64,000 bases of DNA from Candidatus Fervidifonticultor sextus (GTDB taxonomy: Bacteria; Sysuimicrobiota; Sysuimicrobiia; Sysuimicrobiales; Humicultoraceae): assembly GCA_031459875.1 (NCBI GenBank), contig JAVKHQ010000005.1, positions 53,181-117,180 on the forward strand, given 5' to 3'. The translations under genes and the position numbers were made by a program. Below are positions 18,951 through 28,735 of this stretch, piece after piece (position 1 is the stretch's first letter; the number at the start of each line of letters is the position of its first letter). A model generated the notes under the pieces. That model did no database searches and had not been told where the DNA came from. It worked only from the letters and a program-made list of their open reading frames with translations.

Positions 18951-19787
18951 ATGCGCGTGGGACTGGCGCAGTACGGATCGTCGGCCGACAAGGCCGCCAA
19001 CCTGATCCAGGCAGCAGAAGTGGCCCGGGAGGCCGGCCGCCGGGGCGTGGACCTGCTCGTCTTCCACGAGGTCTACATGTACCGCCGGCCCCCGGAGGCG
19101 ACGGTGCCGCCTGCGGAGGTCGCCGAGCCCCTGGACGGGCCGTTCATGCAGGGCGTGCGGCGCGCGGCGGCGGAGCACCGGCTCCACCTAGTCATGGGCC
19201 TGTTGGAACGGGCGCCGGGCGAATCCTACCGGGCGTACAACACCGCCGTCCTGGTCGCGCCTTCAGGCCAGGTGCTGGCCGTCTACCGCAAGGTGCACCT
19301 CTACGACGCCTTCGACGGCAGGGAGTCCGAATCGTTCGTGCCCGGCGACGCACCGCCGCCGGTCGCCGACACCCCGCTGGGCCGCATCGGATTGCAGATC
19401 TGTTACGATATCCGGTTCCCCGAGTGGTCGCGGCTGCTCGCGCTGCAGGGCGCCGAGTACCTGGTGGTGCCGACGCGGTGGGTACCCGGCCCGCTGAAGG
19501 AGGAGCACTGGCTCACGCTGGTGCGGGCCCGCGCCATCGAGAACACCTGCTGGGTGATCGCCGCTGCCGACGTCCCGCCGTATCGCCTGGGCCGGTCGGT
19601 GGTCGTGGATCCCATGGGGGTGGTGGTCGCCGACGGCGGGGAGGAGGCGGGGCTGGTGACGGTGGATGTGGATCCCGATCGGGTGCGGCGCGTCCGCGCG
19701 AAGAACCCGTCGCTGCTCTTCCGCCGCCCCGACCTCTATGGGGCGCTGGCGGAGAAGGGCGTGGCGGCGGCGAACCGTAGGGAGTAG
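18951..19787 (+). CDS. Carbon-nitrogen hydrolase (nitrilase/Nit1-like)
   Basis: VFHE, YRKVHLYD, ICYDIRFPE (E-K-C triad), ARAIEN. Confidence 0.92.
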   Translation: MRVGLAQYGSSADKAANLIQAAEVAREAGRRGVDLLVFHEVYMYRRPPEATVPPAEVAEPLDGPFMQGVRRAAAEHRLHLVMGLLERAPGESYRAYNTAVLVAPSGQVLAVYRKVHLYDAFDGRESESFVPGDAPPPVADTPLGRIGLQICYDIRFPEWSRLLALQGAEYLVVPTRWVPGPLKEEHWLTLVRARAIENTCWVIAAADVPPYRLGRSVVVDPMGVVVADGGEEAGLVTVDVDPDRVRRVRAKNPSLLFRRPDLYGALAEKGVAAANRRE

Positions 19788-19836
19788 GTTCGTCACGTTC
19801 CGGGGGGTGCGGAGCCGCAGAGAGTGGGGAGGCTGC

Positions 19837-21159
19837 ATGACCAAAGAGGAAGTCCTCCGTCAGGCCGATGCCCGCGGCGTCCGGTTCGTCCGCCTCCAGT
19901 TCACCGACATCCTGGGAACCCTCAAGAACGTCGAGATCCCGGTAGAACAACTGGAGAAGGCCTTGGATCGCGAGATCATGTTCGACGGCTCCTCCATCGA
20001 GGGGTTCGTGCGCATCGAAGAGTCGGACATGCTCCTGGTCCCCGACCCTGCGACGTTTGCCGTCTTTCCGTGGAAAGACCAGGAGGGCGTCACCGCGCGA
20101 CTGATCTGCGACGTCTACACGTCAGACGGTGAGCCGTTCCCCGGCGACCCGCGACACGTGTTGCGCCGGGCCATCGAGGCGGCGTCCGGACAGGGATTCG
20201 CGATGATGGCCGGGCCGGAGTGCGAGTTCTTTCTCTTCCCGACCGATGCGGCCGGGCAGCCGGTGCTGGCCACCCACGACCGGGCGGGGTACTTCGATCT
20301 GGCGCCCCTGGACAAGGGCGAGGAGGCCCGCGCCGACATGGTGACGGCGCTGACCGCCATGGGCTTCGAGGTGGAGGCGGGGCACCACGAGGTCGCCCAC
20401 GGACAGCACGAAATCGACTTCAAGTACACCGACGTGCTGCGGACTGCCGACAACGTGGCCACCTTCCGGTTCGTCGTACGGACGATCGCCGGGCGCCACG
20501 GGCTGCACGCGACGTTCATGCCCAAGCCGATCGCCGGCATCAACGGATCGGGGATGCACACCCACCAGTCGCTGTACCGCGGCGGGCGCAATGCCTTCTA
20601 CGATCCGGACGGCGCCTACCAGCTCAGTGCGACCTGCCTGCACTACGTCGGGGGCCTGCTGGAACACGCCCGCGGGATGGCGGCGGTCACCAACCCCCTG
20701 GTGAACTCCTACAAGCGGCTGGTGCCGGGCTACGAGGCTCCGATCTACATCGCCTGGGCGGAGCGCAACCGCTCGCCGCTGGTGCGGATCCCGGCGGCGC
20801 GGGGCGAGGCCACGCGGGTCGAACTGCGGATGCCGGACCCTTCCTGCAACCCCTATCTGGCGTTGGCGGTCATGCTGATGGCGGGGTTGGACGGGATCGC
20901 CCGGAGGCTGGATCCTGGTCCACCGCTCAACCGCAACATCTACGCGATGACCGAGGACGAACTTGAGCGGTTGCAGATCCGCGTTCTCCCCCGGAACCTG
21001 GACGAGGCCGTGCGCGAGATGCTCGCCGACCCGCTGGTCTCTAGCGCGCTGGGGGACCACATCGTCGAGCACCTGACCCGCGCGAAACGGCTGGAGTGGC
21101 GGGAGTACCTCGCCCAGGTCCACGCATGGGAGGTGAACCGGTATCTGGCCACCTTCTAG
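19837..21159 (+). CDS. glnA: Glutamine synthetase type I
   Basis: FDGSSIEGF, HHEVAHGQHEIDF, ATFMPKP, NGSGMH, NSYKRLVPGYEAP. Confidence 0.95.
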   Translation: MTKEEVLRQADARGVRFVRLQFTDILGTLKNVEIPVEQLEKALDREIMFDGSSIEGFVRIEESDMLLVPDPATFAVFPWKDQEGVTARLICDVYTSDGEPFPGDPRHVLRRAIEAASGQGFAMMAGPECEFFLFPTDAAGQPVLATHDRAGYFDLAPLDKGEEARADMVTALTAMGFEVEAGHHEVAHGQHEIDFKYTDVLRTADNVATFRFVVRTIAGRHGLHATFMPKPIAGINGSGMHTHQSLYRGGRNAFYDPDGAYQLSATCLHYVGGLLEHARGMAAVTNPLVNSYKRLVPGYEAPIYIAWAERNRSPLVRIPAARGEATRVELRMPDPSCNPYLALAVMLMAGLDGIARRLDPGPPLNRNIYAMTEDELERLQIRVLPRNLDEAVREMLADPLVSSALGDHIVEHLTRAKRLEWREYLAQVHAWEVNRYLATF

Positions 21160-21188
21160 GCCAGACTCCCCGAGCGAGAGGTGACGGG

Positions 21189-21629
21189 ATGAGGCCGTCC
21201 TGGGACGAGTATTTCCTGCGGATCGCCCAACTGGCGTCCACGCGCTCGACCTGTCTGCGCCGGCACGTCGGCGCGGTGGTCGTCAAGGATCGCATGGTGT
21301 TGTCCACGGGGTACAACGACACGCCGCGCGGACTGCCCAACTGCGGCGACGGCGGCTGCGCGCGGTGCGCCAGCGACGCGCCCACCGGCGTCGGCCTGGA
21401 CACCTGCCTGTGTCTCCATGCCGAACAGAATGCGATCATCCAGGCCGCCTATCACGGTGTCAGCATCAACGGCGCGAGCATCTACGTTACCCACCAGCCC
21501 TGTCTGACCTGCGCCAAGATGATCCTCAACGCCGGAATCCGCCGGGTAGTCTTCGCCGGCGACTACCCCGACCCCACCGCGCGGGAGATGCTGGAGGCCG
21601 CGGGGGTTGAATTGGTGCGCATGATGTGA
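21189..21629 (+). CDS. dCMP deaminase / ComEB-like
   Basis: RPSWDEYF, STGYN, HAEQNA, PCLTC. Confidence 0.93.
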   Translation: MRPSWDEYFLRIAQLASTRSTCLRRHVGAVVVKDRMVLSTGYNDTPRGLPNCGDGGCARCASDAPTGVGLDTCLCLHAEQNAIIQAAYHGVSINGASIYVTHQPCLTCAKMILNAGIRRVVFAGDYPDPTAREMLEAAGVELVRMM

Positions 21630-21665
21630 TAGGGTAGGCGTAGTCGACATAGTTGCGTGTTCGGA

Positions 21666-21695
21666 CGGGCGGTGTTGACTGCAGCACCGCCCGTT
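21666..21695 (+). terminator. Hairpin after dCMP deaminase, upstream of the helicase
   Basis: acgggcggtg ... caccgcccgt followed by ttcatg. Confidence 0.5.
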
Positions 21696-21808
21696 TCATG
21701 TGTCCGCAGCGTTCGTCCCTCATCCAGGGCCGGGTGAACCGGTGGGCACGCGCAGGATGCCGGCTCAATCCGGCCCGGTTTTCCCGGGTCCAGTAGGAGG
21801 AAGCGACA

Positions 21809-22942
21809 ATTTCCACCATCACGCGCGAGACCGCGTTCGGCGGCCTCGCCCTGCGCCCGGAAACCGTCCGGGCCCTCTTTCGTCTGGGGTGGACCGAACC
21901 CACTCCGATTCAGGGGAAGGTCATCCCCAGGCTCCTGGCCGGAGCCGACGTGGCCGGCCAGGCCCAGACCGGGTCCGGCAAGACTGGAGCGTTTGCGATT
22001 CCCCTGGTCGAGCGCCTCGACCGGGCGGCCCGGAGGATCCAGGCCCTGGTCCTGGCGCCGACCCGCGAACTGGCCCTGCAGATCGCCGGCGTCGTGCGCG
22101 ACCTGGGCGGCCCCGCCGCGCGCGTGGCGACCCTCTACGGCGGCCAGCCCATCGAGCGCCAGTGCAGCGCCCTGCGCGGCGGCACACAGGTGGCGGTGGC
22201 CACGCCCGGCCGGCTGCTCGACCACCTCAACCGGCGCACGATCCGACTCGACGCCGTCGCGTTCCTGGTCCTGGACGAGGCCGACCGGATGCTGGAGGCG
22301 GGCTTCCTGCCCGACGTCGAGGCGATCCTCCGTCACGTGCCGCGCGAGCGGCAGACGGCGCTGTTCTCAGCCACGCTGCCTCCGGCGGTCAGCGAGATCG
22401 CGACCCGGCACATGCGGAATCCGGTCTGGATCCGGATTGCCGCGCCGACGCCGACCGTCCAGACCGTCACCCAGTATTACCTGGAGGTCGCCGAGCAGGA
22501 CAAGGTCCGGGCGCTGCGGCTGCTGCTGACCAGCGGCGAGGTCCCCTCCGCCCTGGTGTTCCGGCGCACGCGGCGGGGCACCGACCGGCTGGCCAAGGTC
22601 CTCCGCGACCGCGGGATCCCCGTCGAGGTGCTCCACGGCGACATGACGCAGGGCGCACGGCTGCGGGCGCTGGAGGCGTTCGCCCGGGGGAAGGTCCGGG
22701 TGCTCATCGCCACCAACGTGGCCGCCCGGGGGCTCGACCTGCCCGATATCTCCCACGTCATCAACTTCGACATGCCTGAGGATGTTGAGACCTACATCCA
22801 CCGGGTCGGCCGGACGGCCCGCATGGGTCGGGACGGGGAGGCGATCACCTTCGTGGGACAGTACGATGTGGAGACCTTCGACCTGATCCAGCGCCGGCTC
22901 GGGGGGGCGCTCCGACCGCACCCGCTGCCGCTGTACCGGTAG
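21809..22942 (+). CDS. DEAD-box RNA helicase with probable ATT start
   Basis: Q motif (F..L..LGWTEPTPIQ) lies upstream of the first ATG/GTG/TTG; AQTGSGKT, PTRELA, DEAD, SAT, HRVGRTAR. Confidence 0.92.
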   Translation: MSTITRETAFGGLALRPETVRALFRLGWTEPTPIQGKVIPRLLAGADVAGQAQTGSGKTGAFAIPLVERLDRAARRIQALVLAPTRELALQIAGVVRDLGGPAARVATLYGGQPIERQCSALRGGTQVAVATPGRLLDHLNRRTIRLDAVAFLVLDEADRMLEAGFLPDVEAILRHVPRERQTALFSATLPPAVSEIATRHMRNPVWIRIAAPTPTVQTVTQYYLEVAEQDKVRALRLLLTSGEVPSALVFRRTRRGTDRLAKVLRDRGIPVEVLHGDMTQGARLRALEAFARGKVRVLIATNVAARGLDLPDISHVINFDMPEDVETYIHRVGRTARMGRDGEAITFVGQYDVETFDLIQRRLGGALRPHPLPLYR

Positions 22943-23013
22943 GCTCTGGGGGTCGATCGGGAAGGGGCGGTGCACCGTCCCTTCTCTTCTGTGCTTCTTT
23001 GGCCTTTGACCCG

Positions 23014-24012
23014 TTAGAAGATCCGGCGCAGGAGAAACGCCACCAGCCCGCCGATCAGCGCGCAGGCCGGGAACGTGAGGATCCAGGCCGCCACGATCTC
23101 GAGCCCGACGCCCCACCGCACCGCTGAGAACCGGCGTGTGGCGCCGACCCCCATGATCGCCGTATTGATGGTGTGAGTGGTGCTCACCGGGATGCCCAAC
23201 CGGGTGGCCGTCTCGATGGCTGAAGCCGCGGCGGTCTCGGCGGCGAAGCCCTGGTAGGGCTCCAGTTTCGTCACCCGCATGCCCATGGTGTGGACGATCC
23301 GCCACCCGCCCAGCGCGGTGCCGACCCCCATGGTGGCCGCGCAGGTCAGGATGACCCACAGGGGGACCCGGAACTCCGGCAGGACCCCGCCCAGCACGAG
23401 GGTCAGGGTGAAGACGCCGATGAACTTCTGGCCGTCGTTGCTCCCGTGGCTGAAGGCCATGAACGCGGCCGAGCAGATCTGCAGGCGGCCGAAGAGCCGG
23501 CGGGCCGCACCCAGTGATGTGCGCCTGAATGTCCACGAGATGGCCAGGAGCAGCAGGAACCCCCCTGCAAACCCCAGCACGCTGGAGAACCCCAGCCCGA
23601 CCAGGACCTTCTGCCAGCCCTCCCACAGCAGCACGTCGGGACCGGCGGTGGCCAGCCCGGCCCCCGACAGGGCGGCGACGAGGGCGTGGCTCTCGCTGGT
23701 AGGCAGCCCGTGGAGCCACGCCAGGGTGCTCCACACCACGATGGCCAGCATCGCCGCCGCGATCGTGACCGGGTCGACGACCTCGGCCCGCACGATGCCC
23801 TTGCCGATGGTCGCCGCGACCGCGGTCCCCGACATCGCCCCGAGCGCGTTCAACACCGTCGCCATCCCCACCGCCACCGACGGCGTGAGCACCCGCGTCG
23901 AGACCACGGTCGCGATCGCGTTGGGCGCATCCGTCCAGCCGTTGACGAACTCGGCCGCCAGGACCAGCAGGAGCACGGGGACCAGGCCGGCGGGGAAGAC
24001 GGTCTCGCTCAC
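23014..24012 (-). CDS. PiT-family inorganic phosphate transporter
   Basis: NGWTDAPNAIAT, PTSESHA, HGSNDGQK, PVSTTH. Confidence 0.93.
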   Translation of the reverse strand: MSETVFPAGLVPVLLLVLAAEFVNGWTDAPNAIATVVSTRVLTPSVAVGMATVLNALGAMSGTAVAATIGKGIVRAEVVDPVTIAAAMLAIVVWSTLAWLHGLPTSESHALVAALSGAGLATAGPDVLLWEGWQKVLVGLGFSSVLGFAGGFLLLLAISWTFRRTSLGAARRLFGRLQICSAAFMAFSHGSNDGQKFIGVFTLTLVLGGVLPEFRVPLWVILTCAATMGVGTALGGWRIVHTMGMRVTKLEPYQGFAAETAAASAIETATRLGIPVSTTHTINTAIMGVGATRRFSAVRWGVGLEIVAAWILTFPACALIGGLVAFLLRRIF

Positions 24013-24626
24013 AGGTTCTTGGCCCGGATGCCCTGGAGCAGGTGTGCCACATGCTCGCACTGGTCGGTGGCCTCTTCCAGGGTCTCGTAGACTTCTTTCC
24101 ACTTGATGACGTCGATGGGGTTCCCGACGTCGGTGAACAGGGTGGCGATGGCCTCGCGCTGCATGCGGTCGGCGAGGTTCTCCAGGCGATTGATCTCGCG
24201 GACTGTTCCTTCGATGCGTTCCAGGTGTCGGAGGTTCCCGATGGCCTCCGCCACGGCCTCGCACTGGCTGACGATGATGTGCGCCAGTTCCCTCGCCTCG
24301 GCCGTGGAATGGGGAATCCGGTAGACGGCCATGCGGGCCGACGAGGCTTCGATCCAGTCCACGACGTCGTCCAGTTGCTTGGCCAGCCCAAAAAGGTCCT
24401 CCCGATCCAGCGGAACGACGAAGGTTCGGTTGAGGCGGTCGATGATCGCGTGGGTGATCTCGTCCCCCCGGTCCTCCAGCCCTTTGATCGCCTGGGCCTG
24501 ACGCTCGACGTCCCGGTAGTCGTCCAGCAGGCCCTTGAGCAGCCGCGCCGACTCCAGGACGTTGGCGGCGGACTGGTTGAACAGGTCGAAGAAGACTTCC
24601 TCGCGGGGCAGGAGCCGCAGCGCCAT
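24009..24626 (-). CDS. DUF47 (PhoU-like phosphate transport regulator)
   Basis: LNRTFVVPLDRED, IKWKEVYE.LE; coupled to PiT. Confidence 0.92.
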   Translation of the reverse strand: MALRLLPREEVFFDLFNQSAANVLESARLLKGLLDDYRDVERQAQAIKGLEDRGDEITHAIIDRLNRTFVVPLDREDLFGLAKQLDDVVDWIEASSARMAVYRIPHSTAEARELAHIIVSQCEAVAEAIGNLRHLERIEGTVREINRLENLADRMQREAIATLFTDVGNPIDVIKWKEVYETLEEATDQCEHVAHLLQGIRAKNL

Positions 24627-24763
24627 CGGAATCCCTCCAATCGTGAACTCGTGCCATACTTCGGCGGCGTTCCGTCACGGCCTCCATCACGCCCTCTGGC
24701 GTCGCTGGAGGCCCCTGCGGGCAGCAGACGTGCTATGCTCAGAGGCGGCATTGTGGAGGCACC

Positions 24764-25408
24764 GTGAAGACCCGCGAGGTCGCATTGACCGGCTTGATGG
24801 CGGCGCTGGTGCTGGTGATCACCCGTGCCTTCGTCCTGCCCATCCCGCAGACCAAGGGGTTCTTCAACCTGGGCGAGGCCGGGGTGTACCTGGCGGCGGT
24901 GCTGTTCGGCCCCCGCGTCGGCGCCCTGGCCGGCGGCATCGGGTCGGCCCTGGCCGACCTCACGCTGGGCTACGCCCAGTACGCGCCCTTCACGCTGGTC
25001 ATCAAGGGCATCGAAGGCGCGTTGGTGGGCACCATCGCCCGCGGCGCCCGGGCGGCCTGGGTCCCCGGGCTCGCCGTCGGCGCGGCTGCGGCGGTGTGGC
25101 TGTTCTCGATGGAGGCCTTTGCCATCCGGATCGCTGCCGCATGTCTGTTGGTCGCGGCTCTGGTCGGGCTGGCGCTGCTGGCCCGCAGGCCGGAGGGCCG
25201 GGCGCCCGCCCGCCTGGCCGGCATGATCAGCGGAGGGTTGGTCATGGTGGCGGGCTACTTCACCACGCAGGCCTATGTGCTGGGGCTGGGGGCGCCGGTC
25301 GCCCTGGTGGAGGTTCCCTACAACCTGGTGCAGGTGGTGGTGGGGGTGGTGGCCGGCCTGGCAGCCGTGGCGACGGTTGAACGTGCCCTCCTTGCGCCGC
25401 CTCCGTAA
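24764..25408 (+). CDS. ECF transporter S component
   Basis: GFFNLGEA, GGIGSALAD, PFTLVIKG, VEVPYNLVQ. Confidence 0.85.
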   Translation: MKTREVALTGLMAALVLVITRAFVLPIPQTKGFFNLGEAGVYLAAVLFGPRVGALAGGIGSALADLTLGYAQYAPFTLVIKGIEGALVGTIARGARAAWVPGLAVGAAAAVWLFSMEAFAIRIAAACLLVAALVGLALLARRPEGRAPARLAGMISGGLVMVAGYFTTQAYVLGLGAPVALVEVPYNLVQVVVGVVAGLAAVATVERALLAPPP

Positions 25409-25432
25409 ACATCCGACCCTCGAGGAGTGGGT

Positions 25433-25834
25433 ATGCCCAGGGTTCTGTTCGTCTGAGCGCACAACACCGCCCGCTCGCAGATGGCGGAGGGGCTGTTCAA
25501 CGCCCTGGCGCCGGCGGGCTGGGAGGCGCGGTCCGCGGGGACGGACCCACAAGGCGCCGTGCGACCCGAGGCCATCGAGGTCATGCGCGAGGTCGGCATC
25601 GACATCAGCCACCACCATCCGAAGGCCATCGCCGACGCCATGGCGCCCGACGTGCGGCTCGTCGTGGGGCTGTGCGCCGAGGAGGCCTGCCCGGTCGTTC
25701 CCGGCACGCGCAGCCTCCACTGGCCGCTGCCGAACCCCTCGGGCCGGCCGATCGGTGTCTTTCGGGAAGTCCGCGACGACCTGGCGCACCGCATCCGTGC
25801 ACTCATCCGGGAACTGACGGAGGAGGCCCCATGA
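25433..25834 (+). CDS. arsC: Thioredoxin-type arsenate reductase (LMW-PTP fold) with in-frame TGA at the catalytic Cys; probable selenoprotein
   Basis: gaggag SD, MPRVLFV-TGA-AHNTARSQMAEG, SAGT, LCAEEACP, HW..P.P. Confidence 0.85.
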
Positions 25835-26340
25835 CCGACCGTCTCGAGTCTGTGCTCGCCCGCGTGGAAGTGCCCCGCGGCAGCCGCAACAAGTACGAGG
25901 TTGACCCGGAGCGCGGCGCGATCCGCCTCAACCGCGTCCTGTACTCGCCGCTGCACTACCCGGCCGACTACGGCTTTTTGGAGGACACGCTGGCCGAAGA
26001 CGGCGACCACCTGGACGTCCTGATCTTCACCTACGAGCCGACCTTTCCGGGCTGTCTGGTGGACGTCCGCCCCATCGGCGTGCTGGACATGCGCGACGAG
26101 AAGGGCCACGACCAGAAGATCCTCGCGGTGCCGGCGGGGGATCCGCGTTTTGATGGGGTGACCGACCTGGAGCACGTCCCTTCCCACTTCCTCAAGGAGG
26201 TCACGCACTTCTTCACGGTCTACAAGGAACTGGAACAGAAGCCCGTCGAGATTTACGGCTGGGCTGGCGCGCAGGAGGCGCGGCGGCTGGTGGGCGAGGC
26301 TGCTCGGCGATTCGCCGAGGCGGTGGAGGCCAGCCGATAA
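25831..26340 (+). CDS. ppa: Inorganic pyrophosphatase
   Basis: EVPRGSRNKYE, YPADYGF, DGDHLDV, DQKILAV. Confidence 0.95.
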   Translation: MTDRLESVLARVEVPRGSRNKYEVDPERGAIRLNRVLYSPLHYPADYGFLEDTLAEDGDHLDVLIFTYEPTFPGCLVDVRPIGVLDMRDEKGHDQKILAVPAGDPRFDGVTDLEHVPSHFLKEVTHFFTVYKELEQKPVEIYGWAGAQEARRLVGEAARRFAEAVEASR

Positions 26341-26370
26341 GGGCGGCGGGCTGCGGCCTGCGGCGGCCCG

Positions 26371-27372
26371 CTAGAGCACCAGGCCCCGCGACGCGGCGAA
26401 CGCCTCCACCTCGTCGCGCCGGGGCATCGCCGGCTGCGCCCCCATCCGGGTGACCGAGAGCGCCGCCGCGGCGTTGGCGAAGCGGACAGCCTCAGCCAGC
26501 GCCTTCCCCCCGGCCAGCGCCACAGCCAGCGCCCCGGCGAACGCGTCGCCGGCGGCCGTGGAATCCACGGCCTCGACCGGGATCCCGCCGACCCGTCCGC
26601 GCGTCTGGGGCGTGGCGAGGTAGGCGCCCCTGGCCCCGAGTTTGATGACGGCGGCTTTGGCCCCCCGCGCGAGCAGCCGGTCTGCGGCCTCGGCGGCCGA
26701 CCGGTCATCGTCTGGCGTGACGCCGGTCAGGAACTGTGCCTCCACCTCGTTAGGATTGATCACGGAGAGCAGCGGGTAGAGGTCGGCAGGGAGCGGTTGT
26801 GGTGGGGCCGGGTCGAGGATCACCTGGCAGCCCGCGGCGTTGGCGAGTCGGACAGCCTGGCGGATCGCGTCCAGCGGGACTTCCAGTTGCACCAGCAGGA
26901 CGCTCCCCGTCGCCACGACCCTCCGGGCGGCCAGGACATCGTCGGCGGACAGCCGCAGGTTGGCGCCCGGCGCGACGACGATGGTGTTGCGGCCCTGCGC
27001 GTCCACCGTGATGAAGGCCACGCCGGTGGCCGCCTCCGGGTCCACCCTGACGTGGGCTACGTCGATTCCCTCCGAGGCCAGACCCTCGCGGAGCCTCGTC
27101 CCGAAGGCATCGCCGCCGACGCATCCCACCATGGCGACCCGGGCGCCGAGCCGGGCGGCGGCCAGCGCCTGGTTGGCGCCCTTGCCGCCTTGGAACATGG
27201 CGAACTCGCCGCCGGAGATCGTCTCGCCGACCTCCGGCAGCCTGGGGGACCGGACGACCATGTCGATGTTGAGACTGCCGACGACCGCGATCGCGGGTTT
27301 GGGCGCAGGTGCGCCGTCGCGCCTGTGGGCGGATCCGGCGGCCCGCGGCGACGGCCGTCTACGCGCGCGCAT
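26371..27372 (-). CDS. rbsK: Ribokinase
   Basis: VVGSLNID, GGKGANQA, NEVEA, DSTAAGDAF. Confidence 0.92.
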   Translation of the reverse strand: MRARRRPSPRAAGSAHRRDGAPAPKPAIAVVGSLNIDMVVRSPRLPEVGETISGGEFAMFQGGKGANQALAAARLGARVAMVGCVGGDAFGTRLREGLASEGIDVAHVRVDPEAATGVAFITVDAQGRNTIVVAPGANLRLSADDVLAARRVVATGSVLLVQLEVPLDAIRQAVRLANAAGCQVILDPAPPQPLPADLYPLLSVINPNEVEAQFLTGVTPDDDRSAAEAADRLLARGAKAAVIKLGARGAYLATPQTRGRVGGIPVEAVDSTAAGDAFAGALAVALAGGKALAEAVRFANAAAALSVTRMGAQPAMPRRDEVEAFAASRGLVL

Positions 27373-27504
27373 GTCCGGGCAGTCTGCATAGGGTCATGGG
27401 GAGCAGTCTCCTCTCTGTCGGTGTGCTACGCCGCCGCGGGGAGGTCTCCTGGGCGTCCGGCGTCCCCCAGGGACCGTCGGGGGTGACCGCGAACTGACAG
27501 GCCC

Positions 27505-28143
27505 ATGGGCCGGTGGCGCGCGCTCGCCGCGTTCGATGTCGTCTTCCTGGCCCTGAGCCTGCTGGCGCCCGGGGCCGTGGGCACGCGGTGGTGGCGCCGG
27601 CAGGCCTCGTGGCGCTACCGGAGGCTCGCGCCCCACTACGACGCGAAGATCATCGCGCGGACCCCGGGATACCGCGCTCCCCTGGAGGCGGCCCTGGGGC
27701 GGTTGTCGCCTCCGTATGGGCGCATCCTCGACGTCGGCACGGGCACCGGCACCGTGGCCCTCGAAGTCGCGCGTCGTTTCCCCGGCTCGTGCGTGTGCGC
27801 GTGCGACGTCTCAGGGGAGATGCTGCGCGTGGCCCGCCAGCGGGCGCAGGGGCTGGGCCTGCGGATCGCCTGGCAGCAGGCGAACGGGACGAGGCTGCCC
27901 TACCGGAATGCCAGCTTCGACCTCGTCCTCCTGCAGAACGCGCCGCCGGCCTTCGCGGAGCTGGCCCGGGTACTGAAGCCCGGGGGGACCCTGGTCTTGT
28001 GTTTCACCAAGGGCGGCGGGCTCCCCGGGTTCCTCGAGCGCCGCCTGGTCCGACGGCTGGGAGCGCTGGGGATTCCGGTGGTGGAACTCCGCCGGGTCGC
28101 AAGCGGGCTCTACGTCCTCGCGCGCCGGTCGGCCGGTTCGTAA
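27505..28143 (+). CDS. Class I SAM-dependent methyltransferase
   Basis: ILDVGTGTG, LPYRNASFDLV, RVLKPGG. Confidence 0.85.
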   Translation: MGRWRALAAFDVVFLALSLLAPGAVGTRWWRRQASWRYRRLAPHYDAKIIARTPGYRAPLEAALGRLSPPYGRILDVGTGTGTVALEVARRFPGSCVCACDVSGEMLRVARQRAQGLGLRIAWQQANGTRLPYRNASFDLVLLQNAPPAFAELARVLKPGGTLVLCFTKGGGLPGFLERRLVRRLGALGIPVVELRRVASGLYVLARRSAGS

Positions 28144-28734
28144 CTATCGGCCCTCCAGGAGCGCTCGCGCGTCCGCCGCGAGGTCTGCGGCCAGAACGCC
28201 CCATGGATACGAGAACCGGATCGTCCCGTGCCGGTCGATGAGGTAGATCGCCGTGGCATGGCCGATGCGGGCGTCCTCACCCGACCCGGCCGCCGCGTAG
28301 GGAGCGGGATAGACATTGAACGCCCGGTAGAGACGCGCCAGGACCTCTCGCGCGCCGGTGAGGCCGACGAAGTCCGGGTGGAAGATCGAAACGTACCAGC
28401 GCAATCGCTCGGGCGTGTCGCGATCCGGATCAGTGGTGACGAAGAGCACGCGCACGTGCGCCGCGTCCACCCCGAGCAACGCCCGTGCCTGTCTGAGGGT
28501 GACCAGCGTGGTCGGGCATACGTCGGGACAGAGCGTGTAGCCGAACGCGAGGAACACCACCATGCCTCGCAGCGCATCGAGCGAGAACGGGCGACGGTGA
28601 CCATCGAGCAGGGTGACCGCTGCCGGGAGCGGTTCGCGGACCGGCAGCCCGCGGAAGGCCGGTGGGGCCGCCCGCAGGCAGGCCCCACCCAGCAACGTCA
28701 GGCCCACGAGCGCGCAGGCCCACACCCCGCGCAT
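28144..28734 (-). CDS. SCO1/SenC family protein, divergent copy 3
   Basis: FGYTLCPDVCP, DPDRDTP, IGHAT. Confidence 0.92.
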   Translation of the reverse strand: MRGVWACALVGLTLLGGACLRAAPPAFRGLPVREPLPAAVTLLDGHRRPFSLDALRGMVVFLAFGYTLCPDVCPTTLVTLRQARALLGVDAAHVRVLFVTTDPDRDTPERLRWYVSIFHPDFVGLTGAREVLARLYRAFNVYPAPYAAAGSGEDARIGHATAIYLIDRHGTIRFSYPWGVLAADLAADARALLEGR

Positions 28735-28735
28735 C

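Noticed and set aside
22367..25789. 1140-aa minus-strand ORF and similar long Arg/Pro/Gly-rich ORFs (e.g. 29335-31416, 17093-19000)
   Set aside because: Shadow frames of real genes in high-GC DNA with no recognisable motifs
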